Shown here: positions 45,346 to 53,633 of the stretch, in pieces | Layout of the letters: each line of letters begins with the position of its first letter | Numbering within the stretch: the first letter of the stretch is position 1 | Source of the DNA: a virus | Lineage: Duplodnaviria; Caudoviricetes | Reading direction: 5' to 3' (one strand) | Length of the DNA stretch: 64,000 nt | IMG/VR virus record: IMGVR_UViG_3300033067_001009 | Location: 11,905-75,904 of that record | The notes under the pieces: generated by a model | Database searches by the model: none | The model's input: only the letters and a program-made list of their open reading frames with translations | What the model was told of the DNA's origin: nothing | Made by a program: the position numbers and the translations under genes

Positions 45346-45656
45346 ATCATCCCCTTTATTATTTCCCAGCAGTCGTCCAGATCGTATAGGTAATAACTGC
45401 CACGTTGACCCCTACCTACTCGGGTTACCTTGTCTCCGAAAACTCCGGAGATCGTCCAAGCCTTGAGTGTCGACACTGGAATCTCGGCCACAGCAGCCAT
45501 CGTATCAGTGTCCACCTTAATCATCGTTATTGGAATATAGCGCTCATAAGTACGGTACTTTGCCGATATAAGCTGCTCTACCGGTATTTCACAATTACGT
45601 TTCATCCTCCTCCACCCAGATACTGACGGCGACTCTGGGATTAGCCTTGTCGTCAT
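45342..45656 (-). CDS. MerR/excisionase-like HTH protein
   Basis: TDTMAAVAEIPVSTLKAW...GVF....RVGRG....YLY. Confidence 0.5.
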   Translation of the reverse strand: MTTRLIPESPSVSGWRRMKRNCEIPVEQLISAKYRTYERYIPITMIKVDTDTMAAVAEIPVSTLKAWTISGVFGDKVTRVGRGQRGSYYLYDLDDCWEIIKGMI

Positions 45657-46128
45657 ACCTGTAAATATGCAGCTCCTCGATCTGGGAGTCGTTGTTGTAA
45701 CACTGGTGCTGCATCACGTCGAGCAACACCTTGAGAGTGTTGTCGACATCACCCTGCCTCCTCGGTCGGTACAGCTCGACGGTCACGGTTATGTTCCCAC
45801 TGAGCGGTGTCACGCCATAGAGCGCTAAGTACTGGCGAACACTGTTTTTGTAGTCGCGTCCGGCCTGACTGATTGTCAGACGCTTTCCCGATACACGATA
45901 CATCTTGTTGAGAGTGATCGGATACGGCAGTACGATACGGTAGACCGGAGGCTGCCCGTCGTCGTACTCGACCGGATGCGGAATCAGCTCCACATCGTTC
46001 CGGTAGATCGGTTTGGGTTCCTCCCGTACAGCCCGTCTTTCGACCGCTGGCTGCTTGGAAGCTACCAGTCCGGTGTCTGATCTCACTTTGAGTTTCGGAT
46101 TGTCGTGGAGAAACTTCTTAAGCTCCAT
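45595..46128 (-). CDS. rusA: RusA-like Holliday junction resolvase
   Basis: PITLNKMYR and GDVDNTLKVLLD...NDSQI. Confidence 0.8.
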   Translation of the reverse strand: MELKKFLHDNPKLKVRSDTGLVASKQPAVERRAVREEPKPIYRNDVELIPHPVEYDDGQPPVYRIVLPYPITLNKMYRVSGKRLTISQAGRDYKNSVRQYLALYGVTPLSGNITVTVELYRPRRQGDVDNTLKVLLDVMQHQCYNNDSQIEELHIYRYDDKANPRVAVSIWVEEDET

Positions 46129-46153
46129 CTCACCGCCCAGTCTCAGCGCCATA

Positions 46154-46441
46154 TTATCCTCTTAACTTTACCAGCAACGCTTTCGCGTCACCGAATGCTT
46201 TTAATACCGCAGTGTCCAGCGCCGACTCGACACTGTCGAATGCGGGTACTACCCGTACAGTGGAGCACCCGATAGCGTCTACCAGCGCCTTGAGTGTCGA
46301 CACTAGAGCGCTGTAATTGTTGATTGCCTCTTCAAGAAAGAGAGCCTCGCCTTTCGGCAGCTCCGAGCAATCGACGATGATCTTGTTTGTGGCATCCTCG
46401 ATTGTTTCGCAGCTACCGTAGTATTTAACCGGAAGTATCAT
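46154..46441 (-). CDS. Hypothetical protein
   Basis: 95 aa; contains a repeat copy read as VSTL. Confidence 0.45.
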   Translation of the reverse strand: MILPVKYYGSCETIEDATNKIIVDCSELPKGEALFLEEAINNYSALVSTLKALVDAIGCSTVRVVPAFDSVESALDTAVLKAFGDAKALLVKLRG

Positions 46442-46899
46442 ACATCCTCCTCATCGAACAGTTTGAGCTGTACGTTCGGCTGGAGCTTTAGCACATCCTC
46501 GTTGTCCGTCTCTATCGTGTACTCGACGTCGACGAATACACGGGGTACGTTTGTCCAGACGACATCTTCGTAATCCAGCCGATTGAGCGGGTACTGGAAA
46601 AGAATCTGGATGCGCTCCATATCCTCGGGAGTAGGTTCCTTATGGTAGCATTTCATCATCTCGCCCATCTTGGAAGCCCAGACCAATTCATAGGCCAGAC
46701 CTCTCAGCCGGTCGAGATTCTCTCGGGACTGGGTGGCTGCGGTGATCTGGCACATTTCCCAGACCGCAATCAGCAGATCACGATTCGCTAGGCTCTCGTC
46801 GAGCGAGTACCTGAACTTGTGCTCGTCTGCCACTCTGTCCATAAATTCGATGACCCGTTTGTGCATCGGGTCTGATTCAGGTTTGAACAGTGTCATCAC
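46438..46899 (-). CDS. Hypothetical protein
   Basis: 153 aa with a GGAGG RBS. Confidence 0.5.
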   Translation of the reverse strand: MMTLFKPESDPMHKRVIEFMDRVADEHKFRYSLDESLANRDLLIAVWEMCQITAATQSRENLDRLRGLAYELVWASKMGEMMKCYHKEPTPEDMERIQILFQYPLNRLDYEDVVWTNVPRVFVDVEYTIETDNEDVLKLQPNVQLKLFDEEDV

Positions 46900-47104
46900 T
46901 CACCTCCCGTATAGCGCACTTGAAACATTCTGCGCGTATTGGGTACAGCGACTCAGACCCGAGTGTAGTTCCGACGAACGTTACTACACACAGGAACCTA
47001 GTGCCGTTGAAAATCATATCACCAGCCTCGACGTATTCGGTCGGCATCAGCATACGATAACCCTCCGGTATTTCCACCTCGCCTGTCAGTCGAAATATTG
47101 TCAT
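46877..47104 (-). CDS. Small hypothetical protein
   Basis: 75 aa with a GAGGTGAG RBS. Confidence 0.4.
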   Translation of the reverse strand: MTIFRLTGEVEIPEGYRMLMPTEYVEAGDMIFNGTRFLCVVTFVGTTLGSESLYPIRAECFKCAIREVSDDTVQT

Positions 47105-47119
47105 AGCTACTCACCTCAC

Positions 47120-47896
47120 TTATCCATCATACTTTAGGCTTACTTTGTGCTTGTTGTAGTAATTGAAGATGTCCTCGATCAGTGCTAGATACTGATCCAC
47201 CGACGCGCACTTGCAAATAGCTGCCGGACGGGTCTGCAACTTCTGCACGAACTTCCGGTGATTGAACTTTTTATTGCCCATAACTTTCAGGTAGGCCGAT
47301 ACGAAGTTACGGTCACGGTATCCCTTGAAGTACGGCGCGATCTCCTCGATCAAACGTGCCTTGCGCTCTGCTTCGGCCAGATCGGCAACCACCAGCTGAC
47401 CTCCGATGAACAAGTCACTCAGCTTGCCGTGACCACGCTCCGTCGAATGCAGCAGCTCGACCGTAATAACGTGCGGGAATTTGTACCGCGCTTTGAAATC
47501 TCGATAAATAACGTAGTTGTTATTTCCGCTGTCGATGTATGAGCTGGCGTAATCGTCCGATGTCCATTTACGCTTAATGACGTTGAACCGTTGGATGTGC
47601 TCAAGCGTATAGTCCGGCTCAACGTAGTAGAACACTATTTCGTTGAGCCGCTTGCGAGCTTCGAGTGTGTGCTGCCCGTCGATCACCTCATTATCCTTAT
47701 TGATAACGATGGGGATGCACAAATCGTTTGCCTGAATAGCTGCCATAATGCTTTTGATATGCTTCTCTACTAAGGCTCTGTTGCCTTTAACGTGTTTGAA
47801 CATATCGTAATCCGTGGTCATCTCTATCGTCCTGTTGATAACCGGCTCGGTCGCCGGTTTTTTGGTATTTTTCTTTGTCATATAGTCTAGCCTCAC
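47120..47896 (-). CDS. ParB/Srx-fold protein
   Basis: NRALVEKHIKSI...IPIVINKDNEVIDGQHTLEA. Confidence 0.65.
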   Translation of the reverse strand: MRLDYMTKKNTKKPATEPVINRTIEMTTDYDMFKHVKGNRALVEKHIKSIMAAIQANDLCIPIVINKDNEVIDGQHTLEARKRLNEIVFYYVEPDYTLEHIQRFNVIKRKWTSDDYASSYIDSGNNNYVIYRDFKARYKFPHVITVELLHSTERGHGKLSDLFIGGQLVVADLAEAERKARLIEEIAPYFKGYRDRNFVSAYLKVMGNKKFNHRKFVQKLQTRPAAICKCASVDQYLALIEDIFNYYNKHKVSLKYDG

Positions 47897-49677
47897 TTCA
47901 TCCAGCAGTCGTGGATGCCTCCCTCCAGTGTGATCGGTATATTCGGAACGACTTCCTCTGCGGCCAGTCGTCCCTCTTCTTTAATCAGCGGACTCAGTTC
48001 TTCCGCTACTGCTTCCGGCACTTCCCACAAGCCCTCATCGTGGACGGTGTTGACCAAGGCAGCCTCCGGATATTTATGGAACACACGTGTGATCCACAGC
48101 TTCATTGCGTCGGCGTTCGTCGACTGGATCGGGAAGTTCTTGGATGCTTGCATCGCTTTGAACTCCTCGGTGTCGTTACGCTTCCAGTGCGGAAGCGCCC
48201 GAACCCGCCCTGACGGTGTGCGTACACAGTTGTACGTCTTGAAGTAACGGAACTGGCCGTTATGCCAGCGGACGATGTCCGGATGGTCGGCGTAGTATTT
48301 CTTTAACCTGCGCTTCGCATCATCGCGCTCGATCCCCAGCTTGGCAGCCAGCCCGTCAGCGCCCAGCCCGTACGGCACACCGAAGTTGACCGGCTTGATG
48401 TCCTGCCGCATCTGAGCGGTCACTTCCTCGAACGGTACACCGTACTGGAGAGCAGCGTTGACTGCGTGTACGTCTACCTTGTTGGCGAACGCATCGCAGA
48501 AGTACCGGTCGTTGGTGAACTGGGCAAGGATACGCAGCTCAAACTGGGAGTAATCGTACCCGATGAATTTGTGACCATCGGCAGGGATGAATGCCGCTCG
48601 CCTTTCCGAATCCCGTGGGATGTTTTGCAGGTTCGGCTGGCTCGACGAGAACCGTTGGGTGTTGGTGTCGTTCTGGTTGAAGTTGGAGTGTATTCGTCCG
48701 GTCACCGGATGGATGTGCTCCAAGAACGAGAACCCGTAGGTCGAGACATCCTTGGCGTAGTCCGAGTATTCGAGATACTTGAGCAGCGCCGGTCGGTAAT
48801 CCCTGCGGACACCGAACAGGTCGATCGTCTCTTCGTAGTTCTCTATCAGCTCGGCTATCATTCCTTTCGCTCGGCTCTTGATGTTGAGGCCGGTCATATC
48901 CGACAGCAGCTTCCACATCTGGGGATCGGAGTTCAGGTTGACATCTCCGAATCCGAACTCGTGTCGGAGTGAGTGCTCGATCAGATGGAGTTGATCCTTG
49001 TCACGCTCGGCCATATCCATCCACTTCTGCCGGTCGACTCGGATACCGTTCAGTTCAAGCTGGGCGACAGCCGGTAGGCAGTCCATCTCCAGTATTCCGA
49101 CCCGCTGCAAGTTGTTGGCGTTGATCGCTTCGCAGAGCTGACGGTACGAGGGGATCAGAGCGGCAGCGTCGAGAGCTGCGTATATCAGCTGCTCTTTGTA
49201 GAAAGGCTTTCCCCAGTCATAGGTCTGCTCGGACTTGTCCATCTCCAGTGTACAGCAATCGTACGCTACATCCTTGAGCTTGGAACCAACTGGTAACCCA
49301 CCCTTGACCAGCTTGTGCGCGACTCGGGTACAGAACAGAGCGCGTACGGTTCTCAGGTCGAGTCCGAAGTAGGTCGCCATAAACTCCAGATCGAACTTGC
49401 CGTTGTGCATTACCTTGACCAGTCTCGGACTGGCGAGCATCGGCAGCAGGAACTCGGCCACTGGAGCTTTCGGCAGGTGCTGCATATCCAGTACGAACGT
49501 CCGCTCGACGTTGGATATTTGGACGAGCCGAATCTTCCCGACCAGCGGGTCGAGACCATCGTTCTTCTTGGCACCGTACGTCTCGGTATCAATTCCGAAC
49601 AGCGTGTACTTATCGAGCGACTCACGAACCCTGCCGAGGTTCTGCCAGTCACTGACGTACGTTATTGTTGTCTTCAT
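47893..49677 (-). CDS. polA: Family A DNA polymerase with 3'-5' exonuclease and no 5'-3' exonuclease
   Basis: GIDTET, HNGKFD, YAALDA; motif A DYSQFELR, motif B KPVNFGVPYG, motif C VHDE. Confidence 0.93.
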   Translation of the reverse strand: MKTTITYVSDWQNLGRVRESLDKYTLFGIDTETYGAKKNDGLDPLVGKIRLVQISNVERTFVLDMQHLPKAPVAEFLLPMLASPRLVKVMHNGKFDLEFMATYFGLDLRTVRALFCTRVAHKLVKGGLPVGSKLKDVAYDCCTLEMDKSEQTYDWGKPFYKEQLIYAALDAAALIPSYRQLCEAINANNLQRVGILEMDCLPAVAQLELNGIRVDRQKWMDMAERDKDQLHLIEHSLRHEFGFGDVNLNSDPQMWKLLSDMTGLNIKSRAKGMIAELIENYEETIDLFGVRRDYRPALLKYLEYSDYAKDVSTYGFSFLEHIHPVTGRIHSNFNQNDTNTQRFSSSQPNLQNIPRDSERRAAFIPADGHKFIGYDYSQFELRILAQFTNDRYFCDAFANKVDVHAVNAALQYGVPFEEVTAQMRQDIKPVNFGVPYGLGADGLAAKLGIERDDAKRRLKKYYADHPDIVRWHNGQFRYFKTYNCVRTPSGRVRALPHWKRNDTEEFKAMQASKNFPIQSTNADAMKLWITRVFHKYPEAALVNTVHDEGLWEVPEAVAEELSPLIKEEGRLAAEEVVPNIPITLEGGIHDCWMK

Positions 49678-49721
49678 TAATTGACCTCCTCACAATATCT
49701 TATCTGAGATTCCCAGATGAG

Positions 49722-50003
49722 TCAACTCTTCTTACGGTCGTTCTTGGCTATCGAGTCCGTCATAATCAAGTACTTCTCCAGCTCGGAGTCCAAGACCGCG
49801 CCCTCGTACTTGGTGAAATCTCCCTGCTCGTTGATCTCGAACAGCCCGTTCACCTTTGTATCGAAGACGATCACACGGATGTAGTCCTTGTTGAAATGGT
49901 TTACTTTCTTCTGAAACGAGTCGATTGCGATCTTGGCATCGTTGCTGTACATCCGCGCTATCGAAGCGATTCGACCTATTTGAATTTTATTTAGTGTTTT
50001 CAT
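49722..50003 (-). CDS. Hypothetical protein
   Basis: AGGAGG RBS immediately downstream of the repeat copy at 50019. Confidence 0.5.
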   Translation of the reverse strand: MKTLNKIQIGRIASIARMYSNDAKIAIDSFQKKVNHFNKDYIRVIVFDTKVNGLFEINEQGDFTKYEGAVLDSELEKYLIMTDSIAKNDRKKS

Positions 50004-50102
50004 AATCCTCCTGCCTTGAGTGTCGACACTGAAAGAGGGTGGGGCATCACCCCCACCCTCACTTTGGAGACAAGCGTATGTCAAACGCTCAAGGGAAACT
50101 TT

Positions 50103-50453
50103 TTATAAATTGACCGGCCTCGGGGCGATGCTAATACCGTGCTTGCTGGCACTGATCGCAACCTTGCCGCTGAAACATTCCGCAAACTTTTTCTGGAACT
50201 CGGAATCCGACAGCCGTGATTTCTTATCACCACCGTCGATCCAGTTCAGATGCCGTCCCGTCGTACTGCGCCAATCGTTCTCGTGAACGTACGTACTGCC
50301 GTGGTATCTGAACGCGACGAGCGTACTGTACGAGAACCAGAACGTGAACCCCATCGTCTGAATCTTTAGGGTATGCCGACCGTAGCCCGCACCCGAGTAA
50401 TCTCCGTAGCTTTCGATGCTGGTCACACCCAGCACATCTTCCGGACTGCTCAT
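50103..50453 (-). CDS. Hypothetical phage protein
   Basis: FSYSTLVAF...STTGRHLNWIDG pattern seen in small phage early proteins. Confidence 0.55.
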   Translation of the reverse strand: MSSPEDVLGVTSIESYGDYSGAGYGRHTLKIQTMGFTFWFSYSTLVAFRYHGSTYVHENDWRSTTGRHLNWIDGGDKKSRLSDSEFQKKFAECFSGKVAISASKHGISIAPRPVNL

Positions 50454-50570
50454 TATTTTTTCCTCCTGAAATTCAAGATGGCAGTTATCACGAAGATAAC
50501 TGCCACGATAACGAATGCGTACACCTCGAACAGATGGTGCCGCAGCCACTGTGAAAACATTTGAACCCCC

Positions 50571-51539
50571 TTATAATTTGACGGGACGAGCCTTGACTTC
50601 GACCCAGTTCGAGATCGAGCTGGTGATCTCGGACAACCCACGTTCGATGGCGACCTTGGTTTCGAGGTTGTTGCGGATCGCGTCGGGCGACACGCCGGAG
50701 AGAAGTTGCTGCGCCTTGGTCACCGCTTCCCGCATCTCGGTGTCGTTCGTCAGGTCTTTCGCCGGAAACGTGGCGAGGAAGTCACGGACGGTTTCGACGT
50801 AGCCGGACTTGAACGTCTTGCGTTCTCCACGTCCGATCCCTCTGATCTTGTCGAGCATCGTCTCGACGATCTCGACGAACCCGACCCGCAGAGCGCCTCT
50901 GATCTGTGCCATATCTTCCTGTACACGTGCTCTGTCCTCTTCGACCAGCTTGGCGTGGAGCTTCGGGTCAATGTCCTTGAGTTTGTCCGGCACGGAGACG
51001 GATAGCAGCCGGTATGAGATCGAGAACTTGGAGCGGATCGCTTCCTTGCTCGGGTAGTCGGACTGCTTGAACACGGACGGGTTCCGCATCTCGACCTCAC
51101 GCACCGCACGATCCCAGTTGTCGATCAAGTCGTTGACCAGTCGACCCCGCTCTTTCTCGTACAGTTCGATCATCTTGAGAGCGTGACCGACCAGCATATT
51201 CGGCAGCAGCACCATCCCGTTACCGGCGAATGCGCTGCGGAGGGAGAGAGCGTTGAGTCGTCGCTTCATATGAGAGTCGTGCTTCGAGATCGCTTCGACG
51301 TACGTCTTGTCGATCAGTCTGGTGGTAGTCGAGATCAGATTGGTGTCGATACCCTCGTCGTTGATAAGCTCGTCGGAGTTGACGGTCTTCTTGAACTCCG
51401 TCCCGTTGATGGTAAATTTTAACAGCATCGTGTTGTTCGGGATGACCTCACGATCTGCGGTGTTGATAACCTCGGTCGGTGTTTCTGCGAATGATTGGAA
51501 CGAATCGAAAAATAAGTTGTCATTAGCTTCGGTAGCCAT
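50571..51539 (-). CDS. DUF3150-like protein
   Basis: Helical 322 aa; FKQSDYPSKEAIRSKF and LTNDTEM...AQQLLSGVSPDAIR pattern. Confidence 0.5.
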   Translation of the reverse strand: MATEANDNLFFDSFQSFAETPTEVINTADREVIPNNTMLLKFTINGTEFKKTVNSDELINDEGIDTNLISTTTRLIDKTYVEAISKHDSHMKRRLNALSLRSAFAGNGMVLLPNMLVGHALKMIELYEKERGRLVNDLIDNWDRAVREVEMRNPSVFKQSDYPSKEAIRSKFSISYRLLSVSVPDKLKDIDPKLHAKLVEEDRARVQEDMAQIRGALRVGFVEIVETMLDKIRGIGRGERKTFKSGYVETVRDFLATFPAKDLTNDTEMREAVTKAQQLLSGVSPDAIRNNLETKVAIERGLSEITSSISNWVEVKARPVKL

Positions 51540-51556
51540 AATTGTAATCTCCTAGT

Positions 51557-51823
51557 TTAGCACTCTTGAAATACTGCCGCTAACGCCGCAGCGATCTCGT
51601 CGGCAGCCTTGACCACGTCCGTATCTCCGAATATCTCGGCATACCCTCCGACAGAGTATCCGAGGAGCTGGTAGAATTGCTCACGGTCTTCCTGCGGGAA
51701 CGGTATGGCCTCAATCATATTTAGGTCAACACGGCTGTGGGTAGCCAATAAGAACCGGACAATCTTGTTGACCTTGAACCGAGCGGTTCCGTGCTCGTCC
51801 AAGTACACATCCTGCATAGGCAT
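51557..51823 (-). CDS. Hypothetical phage protein
   Basis: PMQDVYLDEHGTARFKVNKIV...QLLGYS pattern. Confidence 0.5.
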   Translation of the reverse strand: MPMQDVYLDEHGTARFKVNKIVRFLLATHSRVDLNMIEAIPFPQEDREQFYQLLGYSVGGYAEIFGDTDVVKAADEIAAALAAVFQEC

Positions 51824-51825
51824 AG

Positions 51826-52203
51826 TTATTCGCCCTCCTCTTGGCCTTGAGTGTCGCCACTCAAAGCAAGCCTGTTAAAGAATCTCTTACGGCGCTCACG
51901 GTCTCCGTCGTTGACCTCCGACCAGCCGCATCTTACCTTGGAGATCGGCTCCTCGCCATCTTCCAAGAACAGTTTATTGCGCCACCAGATCAACCCCAGC
52001 TCCCGTTCGAGCGACGGTAGGTTCATCCGGCCATAGTATTCGGCAGACGTGGGGTTCTGCGGAAAGCGACGGAGGCAGATGACGGCCAGCAGCGCACGGT
52101 CGACAGTTATGTCGAACTGCTTGCGGACATCTTCCATCTCACGAAAGGGGACACTCTCCGTCTCCGTCCCCCGTTCGCTGAACAGTACGACTTCGTACCT
52201 CAT
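51826..52203 (-). CDS. Hypothetical protein
   Basis: 125 aa; contains a one-mismatch repeat copy at 51847. Confidence 0.4.
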   Translation of the reverse strand: MRYEVVLFSERGTETESVPFREMEDVRKQFDITVDRALLAVICLRRFPQNPTSAEYYGRMNLPSLERELGLIWWRNKLFLEDGEEPISKVRCGWSEVNDGDRERRKRFFNRLALSGDTQGQEEGE

Positions 52204-52478
52204 AACACGTTGTCCTCCAGATATTTCTTTTCCGCAGCAAGCGCTTCGCTGCGGAGCTTGAATCCGCTGAGTACGACATCGTGACCGGACGGGGACATAT
52301 CAGCTTCCCAGCATCCTGCATCATTGTTGAACTCGACGTTAGAGGCTCGGCGTGTAACCGAGCCTCCAAGTTCCATCAAACCGACCAGCCGGTCGTCGTG
52401 GATGAATTTAAGATCGCCGTCGCCGGTCACCGTCAGTATGTGGTTACTGCCGAAGCCGGAGTTGTTCGTGCTGTTCAC
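52200..52478 (-). CDS. Small protein of the AAA/DUF1257/DUF2997 cluster type
   Basis: RRASNVE...WEADMSP...FKLRSEALAAE. Confidence 0.55.
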   Translation of the reverse strand: MNSTNNSGFGSNHILTVTGDGDLKFIHDDRLVGLMELGGSVTRRASNVEFNNDAGCWEADMSPSGHDVVLSGFKLRSEALAAEKKYLEDNVL

Positions 52479-52632
52479 TTTGCTTCATCTCCCCTGTTTC
52501 CACCCGCTTCTCGACGGTGCCGAGAGCGTCCTCGATGTCTTTCGTCAGATCGAGACACCGCTTACCTTTGACCCCTTTGACCTCAATCGAGAGATCACCT
52601 TTGGGCGACACATCCATAATCATTTCAGCCAT
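52444..52632 (-). CDS. DUF2997-like protein
   Basis: 62 aa: IMDVSPKGDLSIEVKGVKGKRCLDLTKDIEDALG. Confidence 0.75.
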   Translation of the reverse strand: MAEMIMDVSPKGDLSIEVKGVKGKRCLDLTKDIEDALGTVEKRVETGEMKQSEQHEQLRLRQ

Positions 52633-52645
52633 TGCGTTTATCCTC

Positions 52646-53032
52646 CTACGATCTCGCAAACAGACGGACGGTGCCGTCGTTCTGCTTCTCACGAACGACT
52701 CGGAATCCCTTTCGTTCGGCCTGTGCCGTGGCTCCGGCGATGGTGTACTCCTGACGGAGCTTGTTGCAGTTCTGCCCGACGACGGGAAGCAACCCGCCGC
52801 TCGACCAGTAGTCGAGCTTGAGCGAGTAGGTCTCACCGTCCTTGCTCTTGACGATACCGATCCCGTACTGGGCGTTGGGGAATGTGATCGAATGCTCGCA
52901 CTTCGCCAGCTTGCCGCCGAACGTGACAAACTTTTTCGCGTCACGGTTTAAGACCCCGCCTAATTGCTTGGCGGCATCTTCCAAGTAGTCCAGCGATTTG
53001 AACTCCGTCTTGACATTTGTAATGTGACTCAT
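52646..53032 (-). CDS. DUF1257 (Ycf35-like) protein
   Basis: MSHITNVKTE...L..A...LG; IGIV...YSLKLDYW; LRQEY....GFRV...Q.DGTVRL. Confidence 0.75.
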   Translation of the reverse strand: MSHITNVKTEFKSLDYLEDAAKQLGGVLNRDAKKFVTFGGKLAKCEHSITFPNAQYGIGIVKSKDGETYSLKLDYWSSGGLLPVVGQNCNKLRQEYTIAGATAQAERKGFRVVREKQNDGTVRLFARS

Positions 53033-53241
53033 TGTTTACCTCCGAAAGCTGCCGCCGCAGTCACGATGACCACGATCAGCAGAATGATGTAGGGGAGACG
53101 CGACTTGTCTCTCCCCCGCTTGTTACGTGGGTCAGCGGAAAGCTGACGGGTCGCCCACGTCTTAAGAACTAATTGTTTCTTGTGATCCGGAACCTTGTCC
53201 CAGTCCCAATCCTTTTTAATCATAACCACTCCCACCGGCAT
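53029..53241 (-). CDS. Small membrane protein
   Basis: C-terminal TM segment. Confidence 0.4.
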   Translation of the reverse strand: MPVGVVMIKKDWDWDKVPDHKKQLVLKTWATRQLSADPRNKRGRDKSRLPYIILLIVVIVTAAAAFGGKQ

Positions 53242-53385
53242 CCGTTACGCTCCAAGCGGAGCGGTATGTCTTTCACACTGCTGCCGGATATTATCTTTCT
53301 TAAAATAGGGGCGCAAGACCATATCGACCACACCCCGTTCGATTTAAGAAAGACTATGTGGGCGCAGAAGTTACGTCCGTACACC

Positions 53386-53625
53386 CTAAGAGACTTCATC
53401 ATACTTGACGAACTCCGGTTCGATAGACCAGTAAGCGCCACGCTCCTCGAAGAACACGACCGGCGTACCACCGCTGGAGAGAAACGCCACACTCCGCACC
53501 GTCATATATTCATACTCGGCACTGGGGTGGTTGATGCTTCTCCAGTAGACACCGGAACCAGGGGGAAATTGTTTGTTGAACTTGTCGACCAAGGCTTGCG
53601 CCTGTTTAGTTGATAGTCTCGGCAT
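53386..53625 (-). CDS. Small SH3-like hypothetical protein
   Basis: FNKQFPPGSGVYW...TVRSVA..LSSGGTPVVFF. Confidence 0.5.
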   Translation of the reverse strand: MPRLSTKQAQALVDKFNKQFPPGSGVYWRSINHPSAEYEYMTVRSVAFLSSGGTPVVFFEERGAYWSIEPEFVKYDEVS

Positions 53626-53633
53626 CGTATCTC

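Noticed and set aside
47120-47896. DndB/DGQHR phosphorothioation-related gene
   Set aside because: The motif is DGQHT and no dnd or ssp genes are nearby; a generic ParB/Srx fold is the safer call.
48360-48420. Unusual DNA polymerase motif B
   Set aside because: KPVNFGVPYG has Phe at the position equivalent to E. coli 762, which is the standard state.
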